A stretch of DNA of 64,000 nt, from contig JBILVO010000002.1 in the NCBI GenBank assembly GCA_044370415.1, forward strand, positions 14,157 through 78,156. Reading direction: 5' to 3'. This document shows, in pieces, positions 7,798 to 17,102 of this stretch; position 1 is the stretch's first letter; each line of letters begins with the position of its first letter. The notes beneath the pieces are model-generated. The model was given only the letters and a program-made list of their open reading frames with translations. It searched no databases and was not told where the DNA came from. Source of the DNA: Pirellulales bacterium (lineage in GTDB: Bacteria; Planctomycetota; Planctomycetia; Pirellulales; UBA1268). The position numbers and the translations under genes are program-made.

Positions 7798-8070
7798 TCA
7801 GCGCTGCTGCTGGTATTCCTCGACCCGCTCCGCCTTCCGGATCAGGTACGGGACGTAGTCGCCCGTGGCCTCGACGAAGCGGCTGAAGGTGCCCAGCTGC
7901 TGCTCGAACTCCTCCGCGAACTTCTGCTGTTCCTGGTCCCGCCAGGTGGCGCTGAGGGCTGCCAGCTGCCGCTGCACCGCCTGCATCTGCGCCATCACCT
8001 CGGTGCTGAAGACGCGCAGCCGCGCCGCAAAGCGGCGGAGTTCCTGCGGATCGACGATGACCTGTCCCAT
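7798..8070 (-). CDS. 90-aa WXG100-like helical-hairpin protein
   Basis: Internal ATG at 8070 (MGQVIVDPQELRRFAARL...) of ORF 7798..8277, preceded by GAGGAGAGGAA. Two long helices are joined by TWRDQEQQKF (W-x-D-x5-F, at the position of WxG). The size and layout match ESAT-6/EsxA-type proteins. Confidence 0.65.
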   Translation of the reverse strand: MGQVIVDPQELRRFAARLRVFSTEVMAQMQAVQRQLAALSATWRDQEQQKFAEEFEQQLGTFSRFVEATGDYVPYLIRKAERVEEYQQQR

Positions 8071-8329
8071 GGGATTCCTCTCCTCGGCCCGCAGAGATGA
8101 CGCCGGGGCAACGCCGCCGCGGGCCGCGGACTCCGGCACCGCACTGGACGGCGACCTCCCCGACTGCCACCATCGTATCGCGCCGGCCGCGGAAACGCAC
8201 AGGGAGCCGCTCCCTTTGGGCCGGCCGCCCGCTGTGCTTCTGCGGTGGCGAAGCGTACACTCTGCGGGCCGGTCCACAATCCGCTCACGAATCCGCTCAC
8301 GTAGAATCGCCGAGGAGACGTTCCGACCG
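8071..8329. promoter_or_regulatory. Divergent intergenic region between the WXG-like operon and the hemQ-like gene
   Basis: 259 bp lie between two divergent start codons, so the region must hold both promoters. It contains the exact tandem direct repeat at 8278-8301. No -35/-10 boxes are assigned. Confidence 0.4.
8278..8301. repeat. Exact 12-bp tandem direct repeat AATCCGCTCACG x2 (followed by a partial tagAATCgc)
   Basis: Read directly at 8278-8289 and 8290-8301, about 30 bp upstream of the hemQ-like ATG. Confidence 0.9.
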
Positions 8330-9232
8330 ATGCAGCCGACGACTCCCCACGGCGCCGCCCGGCCGCCGGCCGCCGGCGCTCCCGGCCATTCCGCCCAACC
8401 GGGAGGCCAGCCCGGAGGCGGCGAGGCGTCGATCTCGCCGGCCGTCGGCTGGCACGTCAGCCACCTCTTCTACCGCTTCGACCGGACGCGGCTCGCGGCG
8501 CTCGAGCCGGCCGTGAGGGCCGAGGGCGCGAGGCAGTTCATCGCCGCGCTCGACCCGGCGGGGCCGGATGCCCCGACCCGGCTGCAGACCTGGCTGGTGC
8601 CCGGCCACAAGGCCGATTTCGGCGTCATGGCGCTCGATGCCTCGCCGTTGCGGGTCGAGGCCGTCCACCAACGGCTGCTGGCGGGCCCGCTGGGGCCGGC
8701 CATCGAGCCGGCCTGGTCGTTCATCGGTCTGACGGAGGTGAGCGAATATGTGCCCACCGTCGAGCAGTACGGCGAGCGGCTCGTGGAGGAGGGGGAGACA
8801 CGGGGCAGCCCGACCTGGCAGGCCAAGGTGCAGGGATACGCGGCTCGCGAGGAGTCGATGCGACGGGCACGGCTCGAGCCTGAAATGCCACCGTGGCCCA
8901 ACGCCTGCTTCTATCCCATGAACAAGAAGCGGAAGGTGGGTGAGAACTGGTTCACGCTGCCGTTCGCCGAGCGCAGTCGCCTGATGGCGGAGCACGGCCG
9001 GACGGGGATGACGTTCGGCGGACGCGTGACGCAGCTGATCACCGTGAGCGTCGGCCTCGACGACTGGGAATGGGGCGTCACGCTCTGGGCGCGGCGGCCC
9101 GAGTTTCTCAAGGAGATCGTCTACACCATGCGGTTCGACGAGGCGAGCGCTCGCTACGCCGAGTTCGGCCCCTTCTACACGGGGTACGTGCATTCGGCGG
9201 CCGACATTCTGGCCCTGTGCCGCGTCTGCTGA
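8330..9232 (+). CDS. Chlorite dismutase-family protein (HemQ/ChdC-like coproheme decarboxylase)
   Basis: Internal ATG at 8330 of ORF 7865..9232, with GAGGAG upstream. Motifs typical of the Cld/HemQ family: WHVSHLFYRF, FYPMNKKR..ENWF.LPF..R..LM.EHG, and LITVSVGLDDWEWGVTLWA. Confidence 0.8.
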   Translation: MQPTTPHGAARPPAAGAPGHSAQPGGQPGGGEASISPAVGWHVSHLFYRFDRTRLAALEPAVRAEGARQFIAALDPAGPDAPTRLQTWLVPGHKADFGVMALDASPLRVEAVHQRLLAGPLGPAIEPAWSFIGLTEVSEYVPTVEQYGERLVEEGETRGSPTWQAKVQGYAAREESMRRARLEPEMPPWPNACFYPMNKKRKVGENWFTLPFAERSRLMAEHGRTGMTFGGRVTQLITVSVGLDDWEWGVTLWARRPEFLKEIVYTMRFDEASARYAEFGPFYTGYVHSAADILALCRVC

Positions 9233-9239
9233 CGGATGG

Positions 9240-9977
9240 TCACTTGCCGTCGGGCCGGGCGGTCGCTCCGCCACTGGCGGCCGCCGCCGAGAGGAGAATG
9301 TCCACCTCGGTGCCCTTGGGCGGCACGCGGCCCGCGAAGGACTCGAAGAGCAACGCCTCGTTCGACTGCGAACTCTCGATCGTGAGGTCGAGCGTCGCCG
9401 TGGGGAAGTTGGAGACGCAGATCAGGTCGCCGCCGTCGCCCTGGTAGTACTCCTTCCCGTCGCTGGGATCCTTCCAGAAGGAGCTGCCCGCGAACACCCA
9501 GTCCTCGCGCATCGCCTCGCCGGAGCGGGTGTCGCGGACCCAGTCCTGGGCCCGCAGCTCCCGGACCATGCCGTCGCCGTCCTTCCAGCGCAGCCGCACG
9601 CGGACGGTCGGTCCCGACGCGGCGGCGTATTCGGGGTCGAACGTCACCGGCCTGCCGGGCTTCAGGCCGATGGCCACCAGCGCGGTGTGGACGAGCCGGG
9701 CCGAGCAGCGCGTGGCCAGGAGTGACTCGTAGTCCTTCGTGCCCTGCGGGCAGGCGAAGTACTCGATCGGCCCCTTGTCGACAGACACATCGGCACCGAC
9801 GACGACCGTCTTCGTGGCCGGATCGATCCACACCTCCTCGACCGGCGAGAGTCTCTTGAACTCCGGGTGACGGTCGACCGTGGAGGCCTTCGGGGCGGGG
9901 TCTGCGGCCGGGCAGGGCGGGGCACCCGCGACCAGCCACGAGGCGAGGATCAGGAGGGCTGCGAGCCGCGACCGCAT
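9240..9977 (-). CDS. Secreted protein of unknown function (signal peptide)
   Basis: ATG at 9977 gives MRSRLAALLILASWLVAGAPPCPA, a Sec-type signal. The composition is coding-like. It is convergent with the hemQ-like gene across only a 7-bp gap. I cannot verify the family. Confidence 0.65.
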   Translation of the reverse strand: MRSRLAALLILASWLVAGAPPCPAADPAPKASTVDRHPEFKRLSPVEEVWIDPATKTVVVGADVSVDKGPIEYFACPQGTKDYESLLATRCSARLVHTALVAIGLKPGRPVTFDPEYAAASGPTVRVRLRWKDGDGMVRELRAQDWVRDTRSGEAMREDWVFAGSSFWKDPSDGKEYYQGDGGDLICVSNFPTATLDLTIESSQSNEALLFESFAGRVPPKGTEVDILLSAAAASGGATARPDGK

Positions 9978-10102
9978 GAGTGGTCCCCCGGGGGGCGGCC
10001 CGTGGATGCCGGGCCTGGATTGGGCTACCATACCCGACCACTCCGGAGCGTGCGAACGCGCAGCGGAGTTGCACGATCCTCGAGCGGGACGAAGCCGAAG
10101 CG

Positions 10103-11917
10103 ATGGCGACGAAGCAGGCGGGCGGCCGACGAGCCGCGGCGAGAAAGACCAACGCAGGCGCGTCGCCGCAGGTCAAAGACGGCCCGCGTCGCCATCCGCA
10201 TGCGACGGCGACCGCCGCGGCAGTCGAGCCGCCGCCCACGGTGGGGTCGAGGCTGGCGGGCCGCCGCATCCGCGGCGGGGCGGAGCTGAGCGATTCGATC
10301 GACGTGCGCCGGCGGCTGCGCCGTCTGGCCCGGCAGATCGAGCGGGGGCCGAAGCACGTCCAGCGGATGAATTTCATCGAGGCCGCGATCGGCGACTGTC
10401 TCGACGACGCGGCCTCTATGGAGGCCGGCGTCGATCGCTGGCTGCTGTGCGAGGCGGCCACCTGGGGCCTGGCGTGGATGGCCCGCACCAGGCGGGCCGG
10501 CGGTTCGGCGGGCGGCATCCTCGAGCGGCTCGTGCGCACGGCCCGTTCCGCCCAGACGTGTCTCGACGCGGGCGACACCTCCCCGGCCCGGTTCATGCTG
10601 ACGCTGGCGAGGCTGTTTCGCGACATCGAGGCCTGCCGATGCCTGGAGTCCCCGGCCGCGACCGCGCTGTCCGCGGAGATCTCGCGGCTGGTGTCGGTCG
10701 AGGGCAGCGTGAGCCTGCACGGATCGTCGGCCATCGTCAGCCGGGTGGCACGCTGGGCGTCGGCGCGTGACGTCGCGTCGGCCACCGGGCCGGCTGCCTG
10801 GGACGAACCCACGGACGAGGCGTTCGGCAGGGCCGTGGCGACGGCGCTGCGGCTGCTCGGCGGACAGGGCCGCATGCTCGTGGGGGCGGGGCGGATGCCC
10901 GCCGCGTTCTCAGCTCCGGTGATGGATGCGGCTGCGGATGCCGAATGCAAGCGGGTGCGGCGGTCGGCCCGGCTGATGCGCGACGCTCCGAAGGCAGCGC
11001 AGGCCGCGAAGCAGCGACGCCGGACCCTGGCTCGAGACATGCACGACGCCGCGGCGGCGACGGCCATCCTCCGTTCCGGCTGGGATCGGGACGCGGTGCG
11101 GGTGCTGCTCGAGTATCGCGACACCGTCCCGCACCTGGAGATCGCGGTGGGCGACAGGCTGCTCGTCGACGGACCGTGGCGGTGGCGCGTGCTCGCCGAC
11201 GGCAGGCCCCTCGATGCCGAAGGGCCGTGGACCCTGTCGTGCTGGGAATCAGACCGGAAGGCCACCTTCCTCGAGATCGTCGCGCCGCTCGCCGGCGGCC
11301 TGCAGATCGAGCGGCAGATCGTGCTCCTGCCGAAGGATCGGGTGGTCCTGCTGGCCGACGCCGTGACCCGACGGGCGGGGCATGCGGAGCCGTCCAACGG
11401 CCATGCCCAGGGCGTGCATATGCGTGGCGCGGGCGGCGGAATGGCCGTGGAGTCGTTCGTGCCGCTGGCGGCCTCACTGGAGGGGGAGCAGGCCGAGGAG
11501 ACCCGCGAGGTGCTCGTCTACGACACGAAGCCCCGGCTCCTCGCGCTGCCGCTGTCGCTGCCGGAGTGGAAGTCGGCCGGCCACGGCGGCTTCGCGGTGA
11601 CGGCGGGTGGGCTCTCGCTCGAGCAGGCCACGGCCGGCTCGCGCTGCCACGCCCCGCTCTGGCTCGACCTCGACCCGCGTCGGCAGGGACGGCCGCTGAC
11701 GTGGCGGCAGCTCACGGTGGCCGACACACGCCGCAACCTGCCGCCGCACCAGGCGACGGGGTATCGCGTGCAGGTGGGCCGCGAGCAGTGGCTCGTCTAT
11801 CGGGCGCTCGACGTCGCCCGCAACCGCACGCTGCTGGGGTGCAACGTGTCGTGCGAGTTCCTCGTGGGAAGGATCGGCCGCTCCGGTGTCGTCGACAGGC
11901 TGATCGAGATCCAGTAA
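10103..11917 (+). CDS. Hypothetical protein, possibly with a heparinase II/III-like C-terminal domain
   Basis: ATG at 10103 (MATKQAGG...) within ORF 9980..11917. The C-terminal pattern HLEIAVGDRLLVDGPW...SCWESDRKATFLEI...IERQIVLLPKDRVVLLADAV resembles the heparinase II/III C-terminal fold. The assignment is weak. Confidence 0.55.
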   Translation: MATKQAGGRRAAARKTNAGASPQVKDGPRRHPHATATAAAVEPPPTVGSRLAGRRIRGGAELSDSIDVRRRLRRLARQIERGPKHVQRMNFIEAAIGDCLDDAASMEAGVDRWLLCEAATWGLAWMARTRRAGGSAGGILERLVRTARSAQTCLDAGDTSPARFMLTLARLFRDIEACRCLESPAATALSAEISRLVSVEGSVSLHGSSAIVSRVARWASARDVASATGPAAWDEPTDEAFGRAVATALRLLGGQGRMLVGAGRMPAAFSAPVMDAAADAECKRVRRSARLMRDAPKAAQAAKQRRRTLARDMHDAAAATAILRSGWDRDAVRVLLEYRDTVPHLEIAVGDRLLVDGPWRWRVLADGRPLDAEGPWTLSCWESDRKATFLEIVAPLAGGLQIERQIVLLPKDRVVLLADAVTRRAGHAEPSNGHAQGVHMRGAGGGMAVESFVPLAASLEGEQAEETREVLVYDTKPRLLALPLSLPEWKSAGHGGFAVTAGGLSLEQATAGSRCHAPLWLDLDPRRQGRPLTWRQLTVADTRRNLPPHQATGYRVQVGREQWLVYRALDVARNRTLLGCNVSCEFLVGRIGRSGVVDRLIEIQ

Positions 11918-11939
11918 GCGGCCGCGGGAGCCCGCCTGC

Positions 11940-12677
11940 ATGCCCGCCGAGGACGCGATCATCGCCCGCTGTCGGGAGAATCTCGCCGCGGTGCGGGAGC
12001 GGATCGCGGAGGCCTGCAGCCGTGCCGGCCGGCGGCCGGACGACGTGCGGCTCGTCGGCGTGACGAAGTACGTGTCCGTCGACGCGGCGCGGATGCTGCT
12101 CGACGCCGGCTGCATCGACCTGGGGGAGAGCAGGCCGCAGTCGTTGTGGAGCAAGGCCGAGGCGCTCGCCGGACACCACCCCGCGGCCCGCTGGCATCTC
12201 GTGGGGCACATGCAGCGCAACAAGATCCGCAGGACGCTGCCGGTGCTGTCGCTCGTGCACTCGCTCGACAGCCGCCGGCTGCTCGAGGCGATCGATGAGG
12301 AGTGCGCCGCCGCGGGCCGGGTCTGCGACGCGCTGGTCGAGGTGAATCTCGCGGGCGATCCCGGACGGACCGGCGTGCCGGAGGCCGACGTCGCCGCGCT
12401 CCTCGAGGAGGCGGGCCGGCGGCGTCACGTCCGTGTGCTGGGGCTGATGGGGATGGCAGCCCTGCCGGACGGCGACCCGGCCGCGGCCCGGCGGCAGTTC
12501 GCCCGCCTGCGCGGGCTGCGGGACGCGCTCGCCGCCCGCCTGCCGACGCCGACCGGCCTGCACGAGCTGTCGATGGGGATGAGCGGCGACGTCGTCGAGG
12601 CGATTCTCGAGGGCGCGACGATCGTGCGGATCGGGTCTGCCCTGTGGGAGGGCATCCCCGCGGCATCCGGCCGCTGA
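11940..12677 (+). CDS. yggS: YggS-family pyridoxal-phosphate homeostasis protein
   Basis: Motifs LVGVTKYVS, WHLVGHMQRNKIR, VHSLDS, VNLAGDPGRTGV, LGLMGMA and ELSMGMSGD..AI.EGAT.VRIG.ALW. The size (245 aa) fits the family. Confidence 0.9.
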   Translation: MPAEDAIIARCRENLAAVRERIAEACSRAGRRPDDVRLVGVTKYVSVDAARMLLDAGCIDLGESRPQSLWSKAEALAGHHPAARWHLVGHMQRNKIRRTLPVLSLVHSLDSRRLLEAIDEECAAAGRVCDALVEVNLAGDPGRTGVPEADVAALLEEAGRRRHVRVLGLMGMAALPDGDPAAARRQFARLRGLRDALAARLPTPTGLHELSMGMSGDVVEAILEGATIVRIGSALWEGIPAASGR

Positions 12678-12690
12678 CGCCCGCCGTCGG

Positions 12691-13674
12691 CTACGATCCT
12701 CGGCGCGACAGCATCCTCACGCTGGGGCTGTTGCCCTCGACGTGCGGATGGAAGGGCGATCGCAGGAACACGTTTCCGCTGACGGGGTCGGCGTGCATGG
12801 TGGTGAGATTGGTGAAGTCGTCACCGACCGCGGCGAGATCCCAGTCGGCTACCAGCGGCACGCCGACCGCGGCGAGATCGAAGAACCGCAGCCGCTTCGG
12901 ATCACGACTCACGACAAGCAGATGGCGGCCCACCTGGGTGGCGTCGACCGGGGTGCCGTCCGCCGGCAGCACGGCCGCCAGCGAGTTGGTCCGCTTGTCG
13001 ATGAGCAGCACCTGGTCGGCCCAGCTCTCCACCGCCGCGATCCAGTTGAATCCGTCGAGATCGACGAGCGTGGCCAGCCGCTGCCGGGGCGCCGGGAACG
13101 TCCGCTCGACCCGGCCGCTCGCGAGGTCGATCCGCACAACGTTCTCGACGCCCGGATAGATCCGAGTCCGCTCCAGCACGAAGAGGCAGCCGGGCAGGAC
13201 GAGGATGGTGCCGGGCATGAGGATGTCGTGCTCGAATGGCACCGCGCGGATGCCGTTCCAGCGAAACACCCTCCGGCTGCCCGTCTCGTTGAAATACATG
13301 GCACCCGGCCGGCCGCCGAACTGCTCGACCTGCAGGTGCTCGGGCATGGTGCGGGTGCGGACGGTGAGGCGGCCATGGCGGAGCCGGGCCACCGAGTGGT
13401 AGGTCCTCCAGCCCCGTCGGCCGGTGTGGTGCTTGCCGACGACCAGGATGCCGTCGGGGCCGAACGGATAGAGGAACTCGAGCGTGTGTGGCACGCGTGC
13501 CGAGGCGACCAGGCGCGAGCCATCGGCGGCATGGACATCGAGCCGGTAGTCCTCGACGCGGCCGTCGCTGTGGCCCTCCCAGAGATGGCCGGCGTGGAAC
13601 ACCTGGCCGCGGTAGACCTCGCAGCGGCCGAGCGGGACGATGGTGCGGACGTCGAAGTCGGGGCTGGCGCGCAT
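12691..13674 (-). CDS. Hypothetical protein (beta-rich, possibly propeller-like)
   Basis: ORF 12691..13683, with ATG at 13674 (MRASPDF...). Its amino-acid composition is protein-like, whereas the opposite-strand ORF 12742..13929 has the D/E/G/R/H-rich look of an antisense shadow. No family is recognised. Confidence 0.55.
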   Translation of the reverse strand: MRASPDFDVRTIVPLGRCEVYRGQVFHAGHLWEGHSDGRVEDYRLDVHAADGSRLVASARVPHTLEFLYPFGPDGILVVGKHHTGRRGWRTYHSVARLRHGRLTVRTRTMPEHLQVEQFGGRPGAMYFNETGSRRVFRWNGIRAVPFEHDILMPGTILVLPGCLFVLERTRIYPGVENVVRIDLASGRVERTFPAPRQRLATLVDLDGFNWIAAVESWADQVLLIDKRTNSLAAVLPADGTPVDATQVGRHLLVVSRDPKRLRFFDLAAVGVPLVADWDLAAVGDDFTNLTTMHADPVSGNVFLRSPFHPHVEGNSPSVRMLSRRGS

Positions 13675-13790
13675 GGAATCCACTGCCCGATCGCGTCCGG
13701 ATCATCACCCTGCGGACGCTCCCAGCATCCTAGCGACGGGGCCGCGAGGGGTGCCAGCGCTCGGTCGACGGCGGCGATGCAGGGGCCGCG

Positions 13791-14270
13791 TCAGTCGTCG
13801 AATCGGACCTCGCGGATCTCGAACTTCATCGTGCCGGCGGGCACGTCGATCGAGACCTTCTCGCCGACCCGGCGGCCAAGGAGCCCCTGGGCCAGCGGAC
13901 TGGCGACGTTGATCCGGCCGGCGTCGTAGTCCTCCTCGCCAGCGCCCACGAGCACGAAGATCTCCTCGTCGCCGAACTGCAGGTCGACGACGACCACGGT
14001 CGCCCCGAAGACCACCTCGTTGCCCGCCTCCTTGGCCCGCTCGACGATCACCGCCCGGGCCAGTTTGTCGCGCAGCACGTTGATCTTCGCCTGCATCATC
14101 CCCTGGCTTTCGCGAGCCCCGTGGTACTCGGCGTTCTCGCTCAGGTCACCCTCGCTGCGGGCCGCAGCCACGCGTTGGGCGAGCTTGGGCATCTCCACCG
14201 TCTCGAGGTGGTCGGCCTCGGCCTTGAGCTTGTCGTAGCCGGCGCGGGTCATGGGGATGCGGTCGGACAT
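13791..14270 (-). CDS. greA: Transcription elongation factor GreA
   Basis: ATG at 14270 (MSDRIPMTRAGYDKLKAE...) is preceded by GGGAGAA. Motifs GDLSENAEYH, VVFGATV and ASPLAQGLLGRRVGE are classic GreA. Confidence 0.95.
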   Translation of the reverse strand: MSDRIPMTRAGYDKLKAEADHLETVEMPKLAQRVAAARSEGDLSENAEYHGARESQGMMQAKINVLRDKLARAVIVERAKEAGNEVVFGATVVVVDLQFGDEEIFVLVGAGEEDYDAGRINVASPLAQGLLGRRVGEKVSIDVPAGTMKFEIREVRFDD

Positions 14271-14319
14271 TGGTTCTCCCTCGGGATAGTGCCGTGAACT
14301 GATCACGACGGGCGGGGCC

Positions 14320-15042
14320 TCAGCCCGGCGCCTGTGTCTCGGGCACGTAGAGCAGCCTGCCGCATGTGCGGCAGACCACCACGCGGCCCATGAGCAGGTT
14401 GGAGTGCATGTTTCCCGTCACCTGGTGGAAACAGCCCCCGCAGCTCTCGCCATCGAGCGGGGCGAGCCCCTCGTCCCCCTTCTGCTTGACGATGCGATCG
14501 TAGAGTGTCCGGGCGTCGGCGGGCAGATCCCGCTCGGCGGACTCGAGTTCGACGCTGAGCCGCTGCACCTCGCCCTCGAGCGACGTCGCCTCGGAGGCGA
14601 CGCGCGACTTCGTCTGTGCCAGCTGGGTGCGGGCGGCCTCGACGGCGGTCTCGGTCGTGGGCAGCGTCTTCCGCACCGCGTCGATGCGGTCGAGCGCCTC
14701 GAGGATCTCGTCCTCCAGCACCTTGGTGGCCATGCGGTCGGCGGCGATCTGCTCGGTGAGCGTCTGGTATTCCCGGTTTGTCTTGCAGGCGTTGAGCTTC
14801 GCCTCCAGGTCGTGGATCTTGGCTTCCGCAGACTTCAGCTGCAGCTGCTTTTGATCCGCGGCCACCTTCGCCTTCTTCACGTCGTCCTGCACCCCGGTTT
14901 TGGCGGCCTCAGCAGCCTCCAGCCGGGCGGCGTGGGCCGCCACCTGCCGCGGGCCGGCCGCGATGCGTCCACGCAGGTCCGCCAACTGCCGCAGGATGCG
15001 GTGCAGCGTTCGCAGGGTTTCGGTGACGACATCGCTGGACAT
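14320..15042 (-). CDS. Coiled-coil protein with C-terminal C4 zinc ribbon (COG1579-like)
   Basis: ATG at 15042 (MSSDVVTETLRTLH...). A long heptad-rich region is followed by CGGC...x...CRTCGR. Confidence 0.75.
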   Translation of the reverse strand: MSSDVVTETLRTLHRILRQLADLRGRIAAGPRQVAAHAARLEAAEAAKTGVQDDVKKAKVAADQKQLQLKSAEAKIHDLEAKLNACKTNREYQTLTEQIAADRMATKVLEDEILEALDRIDAVRKTLPTTETAVEAARTQLAQTKSRVASEATSLEGEVQRLSVELESAERDLPADARTLYDRIVKQKGDEGLAPLDGESCGGCFHQVTGNMHSNLLMGRVVVCRTCGRLLYVPETQAPG

Positions 15043-15170
15043 GACGGGCACGGGACTCCGCGGCGGGACGATCCGCCCGACCTCAAGGGTACCAGATTGC
15101 GGGGCGAAAAGCAGCGGGCCGGCCGCGAAAAGCAGCCGGCCCGCCGTTCGCATGGTCCGTCGGGCGGGCG

Positions 15171-16997
15171 TCAGCCCGGCATGCCCTCGAGGAACGTCTC
15201 GAGCTGCCGCGACCGCACCGGATGCTGCAGCTTCTTCACCGCCTTCGCCTCGATCTGCCGCACGCGCTCCCGCGTGACGCGGAAGATGCGGCCGACCTCT
15301 TCCAGCGTGTAGGTGTAGCCGTCGGTGAGGCCGTACCGCAGGCGGATGATCTCACGCTCGCGATACGTGAGCGTCTTGAGCAGCGAATCGAGGCGGTCCT
15401 TGAGCAGCCCGTGCGTGGCGGAATGCGTGGGGCTCACCGTCGCGACATCCTCGACGAACTCGCTGAAGCTCGCGTCCTCGCTCTCTCCGACGGGGCGGTC
15501 GAGGCTCATCGGCTGACGTCCCATGTCGAGCACACGCCGCGCCTCCTCGAGCGGCACGCCGGCCGCCTGCGCGATCTCCTCCGCCGCAGGCTCGCGGCCC
15601 AGCTCGTGCAGCAGCTTCTTCGCCGTGGTGCGCAGCTTCGAGAGCACGTCGATCATGTGGACCGGAATGCGGATCGTCCGGGCCTGGTCGGCGATGGCCC
15701 GCGTGATCGCCTGGCGGATCCACCATGTGGCGTAGGTCGAAAACTTGAAGCCGCGACGGTACTCGTACTTGTCGACGGCCCGCATGAGCCCCGTGTTGCC
15801 CTCCTGGATGAGGTCGAGGAAGCTCAGGCCGCGGTTGCGGTACTTCTTCGCGATCGAGACCACGAGCCGCAGGTTGGCCGCGGAGAGGTTCCGCTTGGCG
15901 GCCTCGTACTCCTCCTTCAATCGGCCGAGCGCGTCCACCCGCCGCCGCAGCGACCGCGGGCTCTCCAGCGTCGTGAGCATGAGGTCGCGGAGCTCCTTCC
16001 GCCTGTCGGCCCGTTCGTCGGTCGCCATGTGGCCGGCCTCCATGAGCCGGAGGTCGCGCTGCAGGCCGTCCATCCGGGCCGACATGCCGCGGAGCACCTT
16101 GACCAGCGGCTGCACGCGCCGCGTCCGCAGGCTCAGCTCCTCGACGAGCGCCAGCGACTTGCCGCGGGAGCGGCGGAAGCGAGCCCGCGCCGCCCGCGCG
16201 TCGGCGGGATCCGTGCGGCGGCTGATGAGGAGGCGGAAGTCGGCCTTGCCCTGCTCGATGAGGTGCTCGAGCGTCTGCAGGTTGTGCGGCATCCGCGCCT
16301 GGATCTGCTCCTTGGTGAGCCGCTCCGTGAGCGACACCTTGATCGTCCTGTCGAACGGGAGCTTCCCCTCGTGCACCCGGCGGAGCGTCTCGACCGTCGC
16401 CTGCATCGAGTAGGAGCAGCCGAGGATCGCGCGGCGAAACCGCTTCCGCGTGACTTCGATCCGCTTGGCGAGCGAGATCTCCTCCGCGCGTGTCAGCAGC
16501 GGGATCTCGGCCATCTGCGCCAGGTACATCCGGATCGGGTCGTTGCCCGCATTCGCCGGCGGCGTGGTGATCGCCTCGTCGCGGCGGGGCTGGCCGGGCC
16601 GCGATGCTGCCGCCCGGGCCGGCTCGCGGGGCCCGGCGTCGTCGACGGTGGGAGCTACGTCGACGAGCTCGATCCCCTGTTCCTCGAGGGCCACCAGGAG
16701 CGCGTCGATCTTTTCCGGGTCGACGGCCTCGTCGGGCAGGTAGGAGTTGACCTGGTCGAACGTCAGATACCCGAGCTTCCGGCCGGTGGCGATCAGGGCT
16801 GCGAGGTCGGCGTCGGCGTGGCCGGCGGCCGACGGCCCGCTGGCGGCAACGGCATCGGCCCGGTCTTCGCGGGTCGACGACGAAACCTGCCCGTCACGGG
16901 TCGACGGCGCATCGTCGCCGGACGACGACGCCGGCTGCGGGTCGCGGTTGGATGGCTTGGGCTGGGACATCGGCCGGGCGGTCGCGGATCGACGCAT
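15171..16997 (-). CDS. rpoD: Primary RNA polymerase sigma factor (sigma-70, RpoD)
   Basis: Motifs [53 protein letters not shown], plus region 4 [21 protein letters not shown] at 16997 lies 7 nt after a perfect AAGGAG; the track's GTG at 17015 sits inside that SD. Confidence 0.95.
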   Translation of the reverse strand: MRRSATARPMSQPKPSNRDPQPASSSGDDAPSTRDGQVSSSTREDRADAVAASGPSAAGHADADLAALIATGRKLGYLTFDQVNSYLPDEAVDPEKIDALLVALEEQGIELVDVAPTVDDAGPREPARAAASRPGQPRRDEAITTPPANAGNDPIRMYLAQMAEIPLLTRAEEISLAKRIEVTRKRFRRAILGCSYSMQATVETLRRVHEGKLPFDRTIKVSLTERLTKEQIQARMPHNLQTLEHLIEQGKADFRLLISRRTDPADARAARARFRRSRGKSLALVEELSLRTRRVQPLVKVLRGMSARMDGLQRDLRLMEAGHMATDERADRRKELRDLMLTTLESPRSLRRRVDALGRLKEEYEAAKRNLSAANLRLVVSIAKKYRNRGLSFLDLIQEGNTGLMRAVDKYEYRRGFKFSTYATWWIRQAITRAIADQARTIRIPVHMIDVLSKLRTTAKKLLHELGREPAAEEIAQAAGVPLEEARRVLDMGRQPMSLDRPVGESEDASFSEFVEDVATVSPTHSATHGLLKDRLDSLLKTLTYREREIIRLRYGLTDGYTYTLEEVGRIFRVTRERVRQIEAKAVKKLQHPVRSRQLETFLEGMPG

Positions 16998-17102
16998 CGG
17001 GTGGTTCTCCTTCACGATCGTACCGTCACCTCGCGCACCGCCCCCCGACCGGCCGGAGGCAGTGCTTCCGGACGGCCGATTGCAGCGACGAGACGGGCAC
17101 CC

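Noticed and set aside
2632-8329. The idea that the WXG/FtsK cassette is a recently acquired genomic island or part of a conjugative element
   Set aside because: No integrase, transposase, relaxase, tRNA or flanking direct repeats are visible. By eye, codon usage and GC are similar to other conserved enzymes in the window (for example the BMC genes). This cannot be excluded without compositional statistics and comparative genomics.
9175-11397. 740-aa minus-strand ORF spanning two annotated genes
   Set aside because: Its composition is Ser/Arg/Ala/Pro-rich. It crosses the boundary between a minus-strand signal-peptide gene in another frame and a plus-strand gene. No motifs are present.
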